Assembly (NCBI GenBank): GCA_963664705.1
Contig: OY761556.1
Coordinates: forward strand, 2,880,001 to 2,944,000
From: Acidobacteriota bacterium
GTDB lineage: Bacteria > Acidobacteriota > UBA6911
Length of the DNA stretch: 64,000 bases
Direction of reading: 5' to 3'
Below the pieces are notes generated by a model. It worked only from the letters and a program-made list of their open reading frames with translations. It was not told where the DNA came from and made no database searches. Made by a program: the position numbers and the translations under genes. Below are positions 61,089-64,000 of the stretch, piece by piece. Within the stretch, counting starts at the first letter, position 1. Each line of letters starts with the position of its first letter.

Positions 61089-61432
61089 ATATGGGGTAAG
61101 ATGCTTTTCTGCTCCTACGTCCTGACTCTCCGCTAACCGCCTCAGATCGGCAACTGCGGTTAAAGGCGCAGAGAGTGTACCACAGCATCCTTTGATAGTT
61201 GAAGCTGTCTTCTTCAAACGGCCCTATGAATTGCGCCTGCCTCCAGGGAACCGAGGGCAGGCAGGTTCCGTATTCTATTTATGGATACTGAAACGACTCC
61301 AAGACTGGATGGAGCGGATTAAACCTCTTGAGCGAGCTACTCCAATGATCTCTGCTTTGCTGGAACTGCTGATCGAAATTATTTTTGCGCTTGCAGAAAT
61401 GTTTCTGAGCGGAGAGAAGCGCGTCGCAGTCC

Positions 61433-61879
61433 CTATGTGATAACCAGACTCCGGGCAGGTGCCGCCACGGACCGCACTCCGAGCCACTCCAATGCGGCCT
61501 CCGGATCATCATTGAATATCTTTGAATGAACCCCTCGCCTTTGCGCAATACTCTCCGCAAACCTATCCGGATCAAAATGGGCAGACCGGATAACAAAGAC
61601 CAATCTGAGATCGGGGCTCAACTTGCCCTCGGCCGTTGCTTCTCTTATGGCCTTTGCGGAAGAGTCAATATGCTCATAACGGTCGATCACACTCATCTTC
61701 CACACGGATTCCCGGGCATCGATGAATACCTTCTCCGTTTTGTTCCGGATAGCATGGTTGATCACCTCGCCGGCAAGCCAGTTCGCCGCCGTTAGAGTCA
61801 ACTCACCCTTCAGGGTCAAGTGCAGATACTCCGGTTCATTCTTAAGGGTGTATTCCATCATCGGCTCCGAGTATTGCAA
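61433..61879 (-). CDS. STAS/SpoIIAA-like hypothetical protein
   Basis: YLHLTLKGEL..KVFIDAR..FAESIA..RG...KIF..D.EAALEWL. Confidence 0.65.
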   Translation of the reverse strand: MQYSEPMMEYTLKNEPEYLHLTLKGELTLTAANWLAGEVINHAIRNKTEKVFIDARESVWKMSVIDRYEHIDSSAKAIREATAEGKLSPDLRLVFVIRSAHFDPDRFAESIAQRRGVHSKIFNDDPEAALEWLGVRSVAAPARSLVIT

Positions 61880-62173
61880 ATTTCCGCAAGACAGACTTTT
61901 CCACGCGCTTCAAACACAAGAACGCAAAAGAAAGGTAATCGCCTACCGGAATTTTTCCGGAGCCGATCATGCCGAGCAGAAGCCACCCGGAATGAAATCG
62001 GGACCCACCGGGAGCGCTGCTGTCCCAGCGGCAACGGCTGTGGTGGAGGCAGATTTGCTCTTGCCGGCGAGACGCTGAGGCTCTCAGCGATAAACACACC
62101 CAGGAATATTAAAATTTTTTGATCTTTTTCTGACTGGCCGACATCCAATAACTATGGTGATGCGGAGGGTACT

Positions 62174-62365
62174 ATGATGATTTCACCAGATATCAGACAC
62201 ATGCTCGGTGTGGTTCCTGCCTATGTCCTCATGATCCTGCTCTCTCCCATTTTTCTTGTGCTTGCCCTGCTCTACATGGTCATCCACTCGGAGCGGGCTT
62301 GCGAAACGGAGGAAGAATCGCCGCTTCCCGCTATCGGGAATATAGGTCCAGGACTCGCTCAATAG
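62174..62365 (+). CDS. Possible small membrane protein
   Basis: RBS GAGGG; one long hydrophobic segment; overlaps the M64 gene end by 35 bp. Confidence 0.35.
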   Translation: MMISPDIRHMLGVVPAYVLMILLSPIFLVLALLYMVIHSERACETEEESPLPAIGNIGPGLAQ

Positions 62366-63728
62366 CCGCTCGACAGACCTGACAGAAGTAATCCGTTCTG
62401 GTAAACATGATGCAATTTACCTGTGGGCGGTAATATCCCTTGGCCTCGTAGTTGGCCCCTTCAAAAGCGCCGACTTTCCCGGCATACTTCTCTTCCGCAA
62501 ACGTCTTCTCCTCCCGGCTCTTCTGTTCCGAAAAGAGAGCATCAATTTCGGCTTCCGGCCGGTTCTGCTTTCTGAGCTGCTGCCTCTTGCCCTGCATATC
62601 CCGGGCATAGGCCTCAAAGGACTCCTTATTCCATGGCGTCGGAATCGGCGTGCCGGGAGAGGCCAGGTTCGCCCATTTCAGCGGCGAGCCGGGCAGTAAT
62701 GCCGTCGCATTCGGCTCCCAGGGTTCCACCTTTTCTGCCGGCGAATTGTAGGCGACATCGGAGGTGTAATACTCATCCGCAAGACCGGCCAGATGATGCC
62801 CAAACTCATGAACAAAAATGTAGGGAGCCCACAGGCTATCGGCCGCCACCGTTCCATAGAGGTTGAAGATGCCGCCGCCACCATAGGTATTGTTGTTCAC
62901 CAGTATTTCCACCAGTTCGTAGGGCGCCCAGGCTGCCGCATTTCTGAACGCTTTATTGTCAAATGTCAGAACGTACCTTTCGGACCCGAACGCGTCATAG
63001 GCGGATCCAAGTGCCGTCCGATGATGAATCCCCGCGGAAGGCCTGGAAATACCGGACTCGGGCGAGGCCGGGCAGATGCCCCAGACATTAAAATCGCTCC
63101 GGCGCGATTTGAATGGCTCCGTCTGGAAAAGGATCTCGATCATTCGACGCGCGTCCTTCTCAAACTTCCCCATTTCGCTCGCGGTATAGCCGTCTCCAAG
63201 AATCAGGAAATCCAGTTTTCGGGAGGGATCACCGTGCTTCTCAATTTCGAGGACAGGCAGGACAGGCAGTGGCCGGGCGGTGCTGATGCGCGTATCTTTT
63301 GGGTCGAGCGTAAATGTCCAGATTTCGCGGAAGGCATTCATGGAATCCCGCTTCTTTAAGACAACCTGGATTGGTTGGGACGGAGCTGGGAAACGCAGCG
63401 ACTCGCTGAACGTCCGGCTCATTGTTTTGGCTTCGTCCGTGGTCTCCCATTCCCCATATACCGATGCAAATCCACGCGAATATAGGATCCGATTCGTCGC
63501 CCGGTCCCGGACTTCGAACAGATACTTCCCAAGGTTTGTTTCGTCAATCGCCCGATCCGGATTTCCGGGCCACGGCAAAGGCTCCAGCATTACCTCATCC
63601 AGGCCGAAAATCTCGCGGGAGATATCGCCCGTGTGGTAGTAGTCCACGCGCATCGTTTTTGGGATATCCGCTGCCACCGCAATCTCCATCATCAGACTCA
63701 AAAGGAATGAAAGGATTGTTATTTTCAT
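62331..63728 (-). CDS. Peptidase M64 (IgA peptidase family)
   Basis: Signal peptide; ILGDGYT, YGGGG, HEFGH..AGLADEY, EGA.Y...GYYRP...CIM...FC.VC. Confidence 0.9.
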   Translation of the reverse strand: MKITILSFLLSLMMEIAVAADIPKTMRVDYYHTGDISREIFGLDEVMLEPLPWPGNPDRAIDETNLGKYLFEVRDRATNRILYSRGFASVYGEWETTDEAKTMSRTFSESLRFPAPSQPIQVVLKKRDSMNAFREIWTFTLDPKDTRISTARPLPVLPVLEIEKHGDPSRKLDFLILGDGYTASEMGKFEKDARRMIEILFQTEPFKSRRSDFNVWGICPASPESGISRPSAGIHHRTALGSAYDAFGSERYVLTFDNKAFRNAAAWAPYELVEILVNNNTYGGGGIFNLYGTVAADSLWAPYIFVHEFGHHLAGLADEYYTSDVAYNSPAEKVEPWEPNATALLPGSPLKWANLASPGTPIPTPWNKESFEAYARDMQGKRQQLRKQNRPEAEIDALFSEQKSREEKTFAEEKYAGKVGAFEGANYEAKGYYRPQVNCIMFTRTDYFCQVCRAAIERVLDLYSR

Positions 63729-63868
63729 GATGTCAGGCCTGCAGAAAAAATGGGGGAAACTGCACGGAGGGATCCCACCAATCCTTCGGGAATCCGCGGC
63801 GGTTTTTGCGGAAGTCCAGCGCTTCCCCGCCGCGAGTTTCGCGAAAGATATGGATGAACGACAAGCTT

Positions 63869-64000
63869 TTAGTATTTCAGCACCGTGTGCAGATCGTACT
63901 TTGCCAGCTTGTCCCTGCCGTGCAGGAATCCGAGTTCCACCACAAAAGCCATACCCACCACAGTGGCGCCCATCGCCTCCACCATCTCGGCGACCGCCTT
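63869..64000 (-). CDS. apt: Adenine phosphoribosyltransferase, C-terminal part
   Basis: KAVAEMVEAMGATVVGMAFVVELGFLHGRDKLAKYDLHTVLKY*. Confidence 0.8.
   Translation of the reverse strand, partial: KAVAEMVEAMGATVVGMAFVVELGFLHGRDKLAKYDLHTVLKY

Overview
Bacterial window whose gene repertoire suggests Acidobacteriota (VWA protein of the acidobacterial type, GWxTD domain, Ser/Thr kinase with ECF sigma factor). This assignment is an inference. Positions 1-29.5 kb hold metabolic, regulatory and secreted-protein genes. From about 29.6 to 60.5 kb, ending just downstream of tRNA-Arg(CCT), lies an accessory region of unrelated, mostly single and often secreted genes. These are separated by about 20 copies of a short imperfect-palindromic site (consensus TGGCGTTATCTCCCACA|7-bp core|TTC(C)TGGGAC) in two core classes: N4-GAC on the + strand and N3-CCGT on the - strand. 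One site is split exactly at its core by a 3.44-kb element carrying two tandem tyrosine recombinases and 13-bp terminal inverted repeats. A second site is split by a 250-bp non-autonomous relative of that element. Together this looks like an integron-like, but non-attC, gene-cassette array and is the main candidate novel system. The window also contains an IS1111-type IS110 element inserted scarlessly into a HigB toxin gene, with a visible target-matching guide in its non-coding end. All calls come from reading the sequence by eye; no database searches were run.
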